From NCBI RefSeq assembly GCF_037042905.1, contig NC_087251.1:10542001-10606000 (forward strand): a stretch of 64,000 nucleotides of DNA, in the 5' to 3' direction. This document shows, one piece after another, positions 50,076-62,336 of the stretch. A model generated the notes under the pieces. The model ran no database searches. It saw nothing but the letters and a program-made list of their open reading frames with translations, and was not told where the DNA came from. The stretch is from Lytechinus pictus. Lineage: Eukaryota. The position numbers and the translations under genes are program-made. Within the stretch, counting starts at the first letter, position 1; each line of letters opens with the position of its first letter.

Positions 50076-50443
50076 TTTTTGTCTCACCTGCATCATAGCA
50101 GAGTGAGACTCTAGGCGCCACTTTTCCGACGGCGGCGGAGGCGTCAACATCAAATCTTAACCGAAGGTTTCAGTTTTTGAAACGACAGCATAACTTAGAA
50201 AGTATATGGACCTAGTTCATGGAACTTGGACATAAGGTTAATCAAGTATTACTGAACATCCTGCCCGAGTTTCAGGTCACATGACCATTAAGGTCAAAAT
50301 GTCATTTAAGGTCAATGAACGTCATATTGTATCATTATATGAATGGTGTTTTTTGTGAATAATAGTAGTTTTTAAAGTCAGCACTGCTGCTATATTGAAT
50401 TGCGTATTAAATGCAGGTGAGACTGCCAGAGGCGCTCCACTTG
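50076..50443 (+). mobile_element. Helentron-associated (Tsp/pearl/DINE-like) element
   Basis: Poly-T start, subterminal IR GTCTCACCTGCAT (50081-50093) / ATGCAGGTGAGAC (50411-50423), GGC microsatellite, GGTCA/TGACC-rich core. Confidence 0.65.
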
Positions 50444-50702
50444 ATAACATTCTGTCTGATGGGGTATTTATTCTAGAGAACTTTGAAAGTGCTGTCCAGA
50501 TAAGTGTAAAATGTGTAATGCCATGGATATACACATGTGTGGAGAGTATTTAAAAAAGCATGGAAAGAAATTCCTTATGGTGCGGATGAATAGCTGGAGG
50601 TTTCTTAAGCAACATATTACCTGTCTTCAATTTGAACATGAAAAACAGTATGATATTCCTAATCTGATGAATTGAACCAACCAGAGGACACTGTTACATG
50701 TG

Positions 50703-51265
50703 CCCGGGGGGGCCACTTACATTGACGAGTGGATACCATGCGCGACCAAAAAAACACGTAAAAAGGATGTCTTTTTCACGATAGGGCACGTTACGTACGT
50801 AACGTGATAAGGGTGTCAAAAACACAAAAATAATGAAAAAAGGGTATCTATTTTGCTAGGAAAATTACGTGTTTAGGGTCGAATTCGCGGGGATGATAAA
50901 ACAAAATTAAAATGTTTTATAAAGGATGTCCTTTTTGCCCCAACACTTCGTGTTTAGAGTCCGATTTGCGCGAGGTGTAGAAGGTGGGGTCGTACTAAAC
51001 CAAATAAGGTAAAGCCGACGACCGAAGGACCCGTAACAATAAAACATTCCTGTCGGGATTCCTGTACTCGTTTAGGGGTTCATTTCAGGGAACATTTGCC
51101 AAGAATATCGTTTTGTTACCAATACTTGTTAAGGGTAGGGTTTCACACGCCAATACTTGTTAAGGGGCGCATTTTCAGAATATGGAAATTACGTGTTTAG
51201 GGTGCTTTTCGAGACCCCATGGTCGCGCATGGTATCCACTCGTGAATGGAAGTGGCCCCCCCGGG
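50703..51265. mobile_element. Young-looking MITE with CCCGGG termini and 8-bp TSD
   Basis: TACATGTG|CCCGGGGGGGCCACTT...GAGTGGATACCATGCGCGACCA ... TGGTCGCGCATGGTATCCACTCG...AAGTGGCCCCCCCGGG|TACATGTG. Confidence 0.88.
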
Positions 51266-53344
51266 TACATGTGCATTCTGTAAAAAATGAAGGATTAATT
51301 AGCATGTTGCAATTTGTTTATTACAAGATGCTCAGCCTCGTCATACATGTACCTAGGCTTGGTTATAGAATTCATGTACATGTGTTTAGTCATTTGCAAA
51401 TTACATGTACATTGGTTGAAATTTAGGCATACAGTACAAAGATTGGGCTTTAAAGAGACTGATTTAGCAGGCTTTGGGCTACATGTAATTAAAGTAAAAT
51501 CAACTTTGTTACTATTTATTTTGAGCAATTCTTCAAGCTACATGTTTGCATACAATGAAACTGTTGAAGACTCTTGTATTGAATAGCCAACTACTTGAAA
51601 AAGGAAAACAAAAGACTTTAAAAGTTTAAAAAAATTCTTTGTAAAACCAAAATTTAATTTGAGACCTTTATTATAATGTGACTGATGTCATTCCTTCCTT
51701 ATACCGATTCAGATTTGATAGACACTATATAGCATGTCTGAAGTTTCTATTGAAGATTTTCCTCCAACTGTTGGGTAACAAGATCTGTTGCTGAAGTTCA
51801 ACCAGACATTCCTCTGAATACAAGTCTTCACCCTTTGGTCACTTTTATGTGTGCACTTAATTGGCCCAGATCTTTAGGCAGACTTGCAACTAATTGAACT
51901 CTATATATAAATTGAAGTCTTGCCAAGGGCATTTTGATATCGTGTGGAGATAACATCTTGTACCTCAATATAAGGTAATGAAATTTGACTTTCGGCCTCA
52001 TGATGTTGAAAGAGATGTAAAGTGTGAACCTGGAATCCTGGACATGGAAAGAAATGGCTCATTGAAATATGGAAAATGGAGCAGAAATGGGATATTTTTA
52101 TTGAAATAATAATATAAAGAATAAAACACCCAACCCATATTGATTATTAAGTTTGATTTTTGACTAATCAACTTATCAAACTCACAATTTGATTATAATG
52201 AAAGTGATGAAATTGCAAAATGTGAGTGAATATAAACACCAATAGATGAAGCTAGATTGAGCCTGGCTTTAATTATACTTGTTCATCGACTTACAGAGAC
52301 AAAGGATTCATGCTACGTCAATCCATTCCAGCAAGGTTACCGGCCCATTCTCTTCGCTCATCTCTCATTTTAAATTTGGATGTTGAAGTGGAAGGTCAGA
52401 GATATTGATCATAATCGAACATGATATATGGGTCAGGATGTATAGAATAAGGGTTCTCTCCTTGAATCAAGCCTCAAGAACACTGGTAGCAATTACCGAG
52501 TCCTGCTTTCATCCTGATGGAATGCACGTACATGTACAATGTACATGAATGTGCAGGAGTAGGATGATGATGCACAATTTCTGATGGAAGGGCTATTATT
52601 GATCATATTTTAACAATTTTTTTTTAGTTTTATAAATATTGTCAAGTTTTTTTCCCTCCTAAAATAATTTACATGTAGCTTCTGCATAATTGTTATGGAC
52701 TTTTGAAACAAGGACTTGAGAAGTACATGTACATATTCAATGAGAGATACATGAACATTATGAATACTTTTACATTTTTACAGTTTTACACTTTCTTCTC
52801 ATTATCACACTTTACAGAGTGAAAATATCAACTGCATTAAGAGGTTAATTCCACCTCAACAAAAAGTTGTTTTGGACAAAAGAAAATCAAACAAGCTTAG
52901 ACTTGATTTTAATGGGGTTTTCATAGCAAATTCAATAATGCATGCAGGAGAATGTTTGGTTTCAGTCTTACAGGAAAAAATGTACAATGTACAGTGACAC
53001 ATACATGCATGCATCACTACAAGAGATCACGCTCGAGACATTGACATCATTATTTATTCAGATTTGTAACCTTGTGCAAAGAAATAAAACCATCTTTATT
53101 CAGATGCCTCTGATACGGTGTTGTAAGCAATAAACATATGTGATATTACATTATCCAGAGCACTGTCATTCACGTCTATTATATAGAATTCTTAGAATTT
53201 TTTGTTCAGGCTGAACTTCTATTTTCCATTGCATTTTGCTATTCATCCAATATATATTTTTTTATATTGCAAAAGCTTTCAAGAAAGATTAGTTTGAAAT
53301 AAAAGGATGCTATGTGATATACTCTTGTCTATTTCTCTTCTCAG

Positions 53345-53477
53345 AAACGTGAGGAGCCTGGGCTAAGACGGCCGCCCATCAAAGCTCGGAATACGTGGAA
53401 TGGAGGAGAAGATGTATGGGATAATGCTAAACGTAATCACAACATTGGTACTGATGTCGGATCTGATCAAGGTACAG
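53345..53477 (+). CDS. TOGARAM1: TOGARAM1 probable exon 2 (disordered linker)
   Basis: Acceptor TTTCTCTTCTCAG|; open in phase 0: KREEPGLRRPPIKARNTWNGGEDVWDNAKRNHNIGTDVGSDQG(T); phase-1 donors after 53471 or 53477. Confidence 0.75.
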
Positions 53478-53977
53478 GTATACCGATTTTATTCACATCA
53501 TTGAAATCATCATTTGCTGCTGGGGCAAAAAAAAATTGTTTCTAAAAAATGTCAAAGTTCACAGAGCGAGAAAACATGGTTGACATGACTATCTAATTTG
53601 ATAGTCTCATTCCCCTGTAGTATGGTGGATTGGAATGTTATTTTTTTCTTCATACTAGAGAAGAGTGAAACCTGTGGAATGAATTAGTTTGTATGAAAAG
53701 AGAAAGATAAAAAAATAAGCTCAATGAAAGTTTTAAGAACAATTTGACAAAAAGAAATTTAAAGAAAACTTATGAGCATCTGAATGTTGAGTATGCTAGG
53801 CCTTAGGGAGATCCTCCCATCGACAATGTGACCAAGAAGTGTGATATCACACATGAACTCGGCACTTAATTCAATGTATCTCTTTTTGCTCATTCTAATG
53901 ACAGTAAAAACTCTTTGTGTATGACATATTTTTGTGTGAAACCTGCATTACATATCCTCCCCTAAGGAAAACACCTG

Positions 53978-54321
53978 GGCCCCATCTCACAAAGAGTTTC
54001 GATTGATCCAATCAACCACAACTATGGAAAGCCAGCAATGTCAACATCTAAAACACATTCTATTGATATATGTATATTCACACATTCATAGTTTTCTTGA
54101 AAATTCAGTGTGCTCGTCTTTCTTTACAAAGGACATTGTGCAAATTTCCTGAAGAAAAATTATGATGTTGATGGATTTCCATATACTTGAAAAAATTTCT
54201 CATGCCTCCACAGTCTTACACATCAAGCAATTCTGAAGTCCACTGAATGTACTTCACCTCGTTTCTGAAAATTTAATTGAACTGAGCTTGAAAGTCATGC
54301 AGTTATTTGTAAGACTGGGCC
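53978..54321. mobile_element. Harbinger-like MITE (CTG TSD)
   Basis: CTG-GGCCCCATCTCACAAA ... TTTGTAAGACTGGGCC-CTG. Confidence 0.7.
54187..54310 (+). repeat. Exact 124-bp direct copy of 46517-46640
   Basis: TTGAAAAAATTTCTCATGCC...GTCATGCAGTTATTTGT is identical at both sites. Confidence 0.95.
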
Positions 54322-54324
54322 CTG

Positions 54325-55069
54325 GGGTGGTATTCTGAGATCCATTTTATCTCAGATAAAATAAAATATTTTATCTCCGTTAAAATCAGTGAGATAAAAT
54401 ACCCTTAAAATCTCTCCGAATTGGTATTCTGAGAACAATTTTATCTTCATTTTATCTCTGTAAGACACACCTATTTTTTAATGAATATCCAATTAGAAAT
54501 GCGCTTTTATAGCTCTCTCATATCACTCAACCAATGGAAATCCATTCCGCTTGCGCGTCTTTACAGAGATTTCTTTCTAACAAAATGGCAATACTCTCAT
54601 TTTTTTTTCGAAGTCTTTATCGCATCTTTTCAAGCATCATTTCAAAGACAATATTAGTCAAGAAAAGTCTTATGAAATACTTCCTGATTGTACAGGAATA
54701 ACTTTAAGGTGTAGTTCGCAATGAATATATCATTATTCTTAATTTTCATGCTAACATTTGGAGTTAATTCACCTAGAAATATTGACGAAATCAACGTCGC
54801 GGAGATAAAATAGCCCCAACCCTCTTTTAAGTTTATTTTATTTTTTCTTCAAAGTAACTTGGGCGCAAGCGGCGCAAGCACATCACCCGCATTGCAATGG
54901 CCAGATACGCGATGGGTATGTCTACGCAACCACTACTCTGTTGCGTATCATCATAGATACGCAAGATAAAATTTTATCTGAGAGATAAAATGTTATCTCA
55001 GAATACCAATTTCATTTTAAGAGATAAAATAAAATATTTTAAAGATAAAATGACCTCAGAATACCGCCC
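54325..55069. mobile_element. Harbinger-like MITE (CTG TSD) with AGATAAAAT subterminal repeats
   Basis: CTG-GGGTGGTATTCTGAG ... CTCAGAATACCGCCC-CTG. Confidence 0.8.
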
Positions 55070-56222
55070 CTGATCTATACAGATACTGTTGACATGATAA
55101 AATTGATGATAAGTTGTTGAATGTGCAACATCTCACATCTTATTCGCATTGTCAATGGGAGGATGACTATCACATTATTATCTCAACATTCATAATGCTC
55201 ATAACCTTGCTCAAACTTTCATTGATCTGTTTCTTTAGTCTTTCTGGTTTATTTAATTTGTTTCAAAGGTTTCATTCTCCTGTTGATAATAGAAGTTACC
55301 ACAAATGGATACATTTTGATGAAATGTTGGATTCATGTTTTTTTCCAGATCATATTTGCATTTGTAAAAAAAGAGAGTTAATACATTATAGTGATTTGAA
55401 AAAAATATCATTCCCTTTAGCATATTGTATCAAATTTTGCATTGAAAATTAGATACTAATTAATTAATCAATTAATCCCTTAAAGGCAGAAGACCTGCCT
55501 TTTTCGTGAAATCTTTTTTGTGTGTGAAACAAGTCCTGGTTCAAATAAAATAGAATATAATGTGGCTTTTGTTTTAGTAACTACCTGCATTGATGTGATA
55601 TCCCTTGCTAGTCAAACAATTATTATAATTCATGTATTCGAAACACAAAGCACACAGTTTGTGCCCCGTCGATAGTTCCCTAAATACACTCAAGAGACTA
55701 CAATTATGGTATTTGTTATGTACAGTAGCTCTGAAGAGTTTGAATAGTAGCAATAATGAGTTTTTACATTTAGATTAGTTCTGAATATTACCTTTTATTT
55801 GTTTTTACTGAAAATGAGAACTACTGCATATACAGTACATTACATTTAGGCCTATGTATGTTCAGGGTAAATTTCCCTCAAACTACCGTACTTTTGATTC
55901 AGTGTAAACATTCATTATAGACTGTATTTTTATTTATACTACTGACATGTACATTTTTTTTCTTTATAATATTATTAATATGTTAATTTTGTTAATAGTA
56001 TTTTACGTGTACCTTAGAATTTTAATATTGCAAGTAAATTAATGTGTTTGAAAGATGTTTTTGAAGATTTTTTTTTAATTCTTTCTCCATGTGTATGAAT
56101 AGCACCTCATTCTATCATATTATTTATTTTGTGTGAAATCTAGCGAGTTTAATGCCTTTTAAATTGTATGGCTTTTTTCCTCTCTCTCTCTTTCTTTGTC
56201 TCATCTTGCTGTCAATTCTCAG

Positions 56223-56363
56223 GTTCTAGTGGATCTTACCGTCAGATCCACCTTGATAAGCTGAAAAGAGCATCTCTAAATACCTACCCTGGGAGGGGGC
56301 GAGGTAACTTAGAGGATGAGCCTCATCCATCAGGAAGCCACAGTGCACCAGTCACAGAGAGAG
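56223..56363 (+). CDS. TOGARAM1: TOGARAM1 probable exon 3
   Basis: Long pyrimidine tract and CTCAG|; phase 1 matches exon 2; GSSGSYRQIHLDKLKRASLNTYPGRGRGNLEDEPHPSGSHSAPVTER; donor AG|GTATGT. Confidence 0.78.
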
Positions 56364-57707
56364 GTATGTACCCTTCTGTAGATCTTACATTTTCTGGAAT
56401 CCCCCCTCTGATGTGATTTAAATATAACCATTAAACTAATTTTATTTGAATTTCATGCATTTCAATAAACTACATGTATATGCATTTATTGCAAGCTCAG
56501 TTTCAAGGTATACACAGACCTTTTTGTGTGTATATATGCTGTGTGGACAATAATTTTGAGAAATGTTTGTTTTTGTGATTTGTGAAATTTCAATACATAA
56601 TGGGGTTAAATCAAGGTGAGAAGGTACACTTTATTTCCAATTTTGATTGTGATGTCAATCAGAATAAGCTTCTGATTGACCTCTTGAGTATAAATGTAAT
56701 TAAGCTTTTTTGTCCACAAAATATATTACCGGTATTCCTTTTTTAGGGCAACCTGAAAAGTGATACTGGAAAAATAATCTTGCTCTGTGATTTTTTGGCT
56801 ACATGTACATATAGAAGTGAAAAATTTGTATTATGTCTTTGAAGAAATCAAAAGGGTTGTATTTAGTTCTTGGTAGGGCAATCCACTCGTGTCTGCCACC
56901 AATACTCTGTCATCTATGCAAATCAATTCAAGAGCAGGCAGAATCAGTCTTGCATTTATGCACCTAAAGGCAGCAACTGATTTATAAAGATATGTTTAGA
57001 ATGCATGCCTGTGGCTGTGGTGTTTGGTGGCTGAAAAAAATTCATAACTGTGTGAGAGAGCAAGCGATAAAAAAAGGATTTTACCAGTAATCTGATGAAG
57101 ACCAACAATTGAATAAAATTTCATGAAAGCTGAAGCAGGAAAACAGGATTATTTTTTTGAGAATATGGTAAGGAAGTATAAAGCTCACAGGATTGTTTCC
57201 CAGTTGAATATAAGTTTAAAGTTGAAGCCAATGACCTTTGAATACCCGGTATATTCCAATGAATTCAGAAGAACAGGAGGTATATTGTAGCTACTTGATG
57301 AAAAAAATGTATATTCTTGCGAAAAGAATATTTTTTGTGGGGGCACATGAATTGGCTAATGTACAGTGTACAGGTAGTTATTCTTGTTTGTATAAATTTA
57401 ATTAGATAGAATTAAAAGGTTTATGATTGATTATAAGACATTATTCATGTATCAAACTTATTTGTTTTTACAACGTTGACACAAATGTGAGAAATGTTTT
57501 ATTTGTAAACTTGTGGTAGTTGAAGCTGTTGAAAATGACAAGGTACTGTAGAGTACATGCACATACAAAGTACATTACCTTCAGATGATTCTAATGAAAA
57601 TTTTGTGCCCTTGCTGTACATATATTCTCTTTCTCTCTTCATAAATTATACATTAATATGTAGCAAAAAATAGAGCTTTTATAATTATGTTCAATGAATT
57701 CGAGTAG

Positions 57708-57818
57708 AAAGATGATCTCACACACATGCAATGTGATCAATTCGAGACAATTTTCACTAAGTTTTCTCATGGATCTACTGTACAGTTGATCACATTGCAT
57801 GTGTGTGAGATCATCTTT
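57708..57818. repeat. Perfect 33-bp inverted repeat with 45-nt spacer
   Basis: AAAGATGATCTCACACACATGCAATGTGATCAA / TTGATCACATTGCATGTGTGTGAGATCATCTTT. Confidence 0.95.
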
Positions 57819-60109
57819 GTTCCAATCATAACTTTGGATGAATTACGTATATTTATAACAAGAGTAAGCTACTATCTATTTGATATAAAGTAACCATTAC
57901 TTTATACATGTAGCCTTCTCCCACTACCTTTAGTGGTTATCCTTAGCCCTTGCAGAACTCTCATTTTTGCATGTACTTGAATAGGCTGCGTATGATGGGC
58001 AGAGAAAAGAAAGTATTATTTGCCTTTCATTATTCAATATCAAACTTGAAAAGGGAAAAATACTGCACAACATTTTAGGCCTTTGCAAGGTCTACCAAAA
58101 CTGCATTGGAGCTTTAAGTGTTTTCTGTTAAAATTTAACATCCATGGTGCACTCTTCCTCTTCAGATAAGAAAAAAAAAGAGATCAATTTGTTTTTTTAT
58201 CGAGAGGTCTTTTCCTCCGAATGATTGGGTTGTTTTTCACTCAAACCAACCTTCTGCACTACCAGGAATCGACTAGGATTGTATTGGACAAATTTATTGA
58301 CTGAATTCAGTTCAAATGGTTGTGGATGTGAGTCTTGTGTTTTGTTATTGCACTGTATTAGATGATGATGAATGTGGTAATATCAAGAGCAACAGTATGA
58401 TTTAAGAGAGGTGAAGTGCAGCAATTGTTTTAGGATGTTTTGAATGTTGTATTGTACAATATACATGTTGATACAATGACTATTTTTGCTCTACTGACCC
58501 AACTAAGATGTTTTGTACTGTATTTTACACAAAATGTTTGTAAATTGAGTGATTTTCATTATTTTGATTAATTTAATCCATTTAATTTTGAATATTTTTT
58601 ACTGATACATAATGCAATGATGCTATTAATGTTTGCAATTGTGATTAAACCATACAAATATTCAAAAAGTGGGTGTAACCATTGTACATTTTAATATGTG
58701 TGTATTGTGTTTATAATTACTCTAATCCAATTAATGTCTATTTAAGATTTTGTTATTATTTCATTTCACTTGCTTAATTGTATTGTAATTACCGGTACTC
58801 GTGTGCAAAATAATACTTGCAGTTTTTACATGATCTGCAATGCATTATTTCCAGGAATGCTAGCAGTATTCATGCATTTCAATTTCAAGTCCCAGGATCT
58901 TCATATTTGCAATTAAATTACACATTCAGTATAAACTTCTAGCAGTACAGACACCCTTAACAATTTTTTTTTAATTGATAATTTTTTGTTCTCAACAGAC
59001 TTGAAACTTTGGAAAACTTTTTCTTTTGATGGAGATGATATATTTGGTAAATTCATATTATTATCTAAATCTTTTTTTTTTATAGTCTGTAGTCTCTGAA
59101 TTAATACTTCAGGTTGTCCCTGATAGCACACTATAATTGGTCTATTACTGATCTATTTTAAAGTATACAAAACATGTATACATGTAACCACCAATTTATC
59201 CTTTCTTTCCTTTGGTAAAAGGCATTTCTACTTCACACTTTATGGAATACTAAAATTTCTTCTCCACATCATACTGAATTTATTAACAAAGTCTTTTGCA
59301 TGTTTGGTTCTGATTGAGGGTGTACTAATTTTTTTTTCATCACATTTTATATATGTTTTTCAGATTTCAAAATGAAAATGTATCCCCTATACTAACAGTA
59401 ACACTGCACATTCTTGTATGTACATGATCTTGTGTATTCTCATTCATTTTGCCTACCATATTTTATTTTACTATTAAACTATGATAGTCTACAATATTGG
59501 AGATGTGTACATTATTGTACAGTACGTTTTATCAATGAATTGAATTGAGATTGAATTCCTAACGGTAGGCCTATGTATTACCTGGCAGTGTAACCAAGAA
59601 TGCAAAAAATAAAATGGAATGTACATGTAAAATAGTTCAGCATAATATAGATTATCCCATTGAGCCATGGTTTATGGTAGAATTTGCTCTCAAGTTCAGC
59701 AAATTTATTTTTAGATGTAAAAAGCAGCTGCCATTATTGAAGCTGATTTCATGAGGTTCCTCCAGGAAGGTTTAAGACAATTTCCTGTGCTTTCATCTTG
59801 TGTTTGACGTTTTGTGACAATGAAGTTCAAAGGTAAAATTGTGTTGCATGTGATTGGTGTAAGGGAAATCATTTTTAAAATGTTGCTTAGTATCATTAAA
59901 GCCTGTCTAAGGTTTTGGTAATGGTTCAACAATGTGGATTTCACAAGAGTGTCATTCCAATCTTACATACATGTAGGTGCAGTGACTGTTTAATACACGT
60001 TCATCACTTTACATCCATTCATTTTTGTAAAAAAAAAGACATTGGATGATTTAGCACAATCTCTTGGTAATTAAATTTTTCTTCAGGTCCTTTGAATTTG
60101 AACTCTTAA

Positions 60110-60503
60110 AGCTAAATGATAGTAGTTGCAGTAAACACTGATTTAGTGAGAAAGTCTGTAAAACCAAGTTTAAATATTACTATATCATCGTGGATCTAGA
60201 TCTGGTACAGTTACATAAACTGAACTCTGTGAAATCATAAAATCTAAGCTGAAAAACGATCACACTGAAGATCGCCAACACAGATAGGCACATGTGGGAC
60301 AGTATATTATTATTGCTGGAATAAAGACCTGACGGAAGTGCCCGAATCCGCGCTTATTTTGCTTATTTCTCAGCAATTACACAATTTCTTCCAGAATCCT
60401 TTGGCACATATTTTTTATTCATACAAACAGACACTTGGGTGGTCATTATATTGGATTATGTAAAAAGTCATTTTGAGATCGTTACCAAAACTGGAATTTA
60501 CCT
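60110..60503. mobile_element. Kolobok-like MITE (TTAA TSD)
   Basis: TTAA|AGCTAAATG ... GAATTTACCT|TTAA with imperfect TIRs. Confidence 0.6.
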
Positions 60504-61643
60504 TTAAGAAAGATAGTGACTGCATGTCAGAAATAACAAAGGAACTTGTATCTTAAAATTTCTGGCTCATTCCATGCTTGAGAAATGAATTTTTAAAATT
60601 TGGATCCCGACCAAAATATTATTTTCATTTAGATTAATAAAATCATCTACAGGTGTACTAAAAAGTTTAAATTTGACATGTTATAACAGTTTGAGGATAT
60701 TCACATTCACATAGGATTATCATGTAGGTATGTTGCTGGAAATGCTGAGATAGCTACAAGAACCATATCACATGTCTAGTACAGTCATATCCACAATAAT
60801 TTTTACTCTTGTTATTGGTATGAAAATAAAATAACAAAAGTTTCAAATGAATGTCTATTTTCATGACTGTTACTACTAGTATATGTTTGCAAAGTACAGA
60901 ATACTGTATGTTTTTAGTTTACAGTAAAATACATATTTTCGGAGGGAGGGGGGGGGGGAGATTTCTGTAGCTGTAATTTATCTAATTGGAAACGAGCTGG
61001 AAATGTGTTTTGTACAAGGTTATTTTAAGTAGATGAGATAGTAAAGAGGTTGCATGTTAACTGATGACTTTAATTAGAATTAGAACACCATTAATGAAAA
61101 ATGAGCGAAGTACGGTTTCAATGCCAACCTTCCAAATATGACCTTTTGTCTTGTGTATACACATATACACAATTGAATATACCCGTAATTACAAATGAAA
61201 GTTCTGAAAATGGCAATTTGTGTACTCTTTACATTTAAAAATATGAGTATTGTTAGTTAAAGAATGTTCCTGTGTAGTGCAATTTTTTACTCTTTAAAGT
61301 AACCCACTTTGCCAAAGCAAGTTTGTCTCTTCCTTTTATAGCTTCCTGACTTACATATACATGTGTTTTATTATTTGGATTGCACATTTTTATTATCCAA
61401 TTATGTAGTACTATTTGCGATACTTCTTGCACTTTTTGTCTGCTCTAAAATATTTTTTTTACTGAGGAGTAAAATTAGCATCTTGTAATTTGCAGTGGAC
61501 TGTTCTGTTTTTACAAGGATCCTTTCAATAAAATCAATCAAAAACAGGTTCACTGTCCTGGTACATGTTTGTAACTGCACATTCAACATTTGACCTGTTA
61601 CATTGTTCGGACATTAGCACATATTTTCGTGTAACTCTTTTGA

Positions 61644-62336
61644 AGGGGTACTCTGGGCTGAAAATGATATGAATTTAACATCAGACAAACAAAAACTGAC
61701 AATTTTACCAAAATCGCTTATTGAATAACAAATTTATGATGAATTTTAAAGCTTATATTGCATTATTTAATAAACATTTTCATGTTATCAGGATTATGCA
61801 ACAAAAGGCTGATGATGTCATATGACCACTTATTCTTTGGTATTTTGTTATATGAAATTATGCTTTATATGCAAATTGTTTCCACTAAGAATTAAAAAAA
61901 ATGGATTGGCAATTGATTTAATGCACTAGATATTCATTGCTGCAACTTATTTTGTTACAAGGGAGACATACATAATACACTACCAGTCACAATTCTTTAA
62001 TTCACTATTGCTACAAAGAACAATAGGTTCTGTAAACCAAATCTATTACTCTGTGCTTTGTGTTCAAGAATTGTAAAATGTACTTTATCATTATCATACA
62101 CACATGCATGAAAATGTAAAATAATAATTTTCATGTAATAACATAAGAAAAGAGAAAGTAAGGATGTGACATAAGTTTTCATATAATATATGGCATGCTT
62201 TAAACTGTTTTCACAAAATAGTGCTAAACTCTAAAATTCATTAACTTTATGTACGTCATATTTTGATGAAATTTTTGGCATTTTGCTTCATGAACAATAG
62301 TTTTTACATGTAATTGTTTCACCCCAGTGTATCCCT
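61644..62336. mobile_element. Decayed Kolobok-like MITE
   Basis: AGGGGTACTCTGGGCTGAAA ... TTTCACCCCAGTGTATCCCT; subterminal blocks like the other TTAA elements. Confidence 0.55.

Larger units (their letters stand above)
53660..55283. mobile_element. Old copy of the 31942-32507 family hosting two Harbinger-like MITEs
   Basis: AGTGAAACCTGTGGAA ... TTTCAAAGGTTTCATTCTCC; host sequence ACACCTG|ATCTATA is interrupted. Confidence 0.65.
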
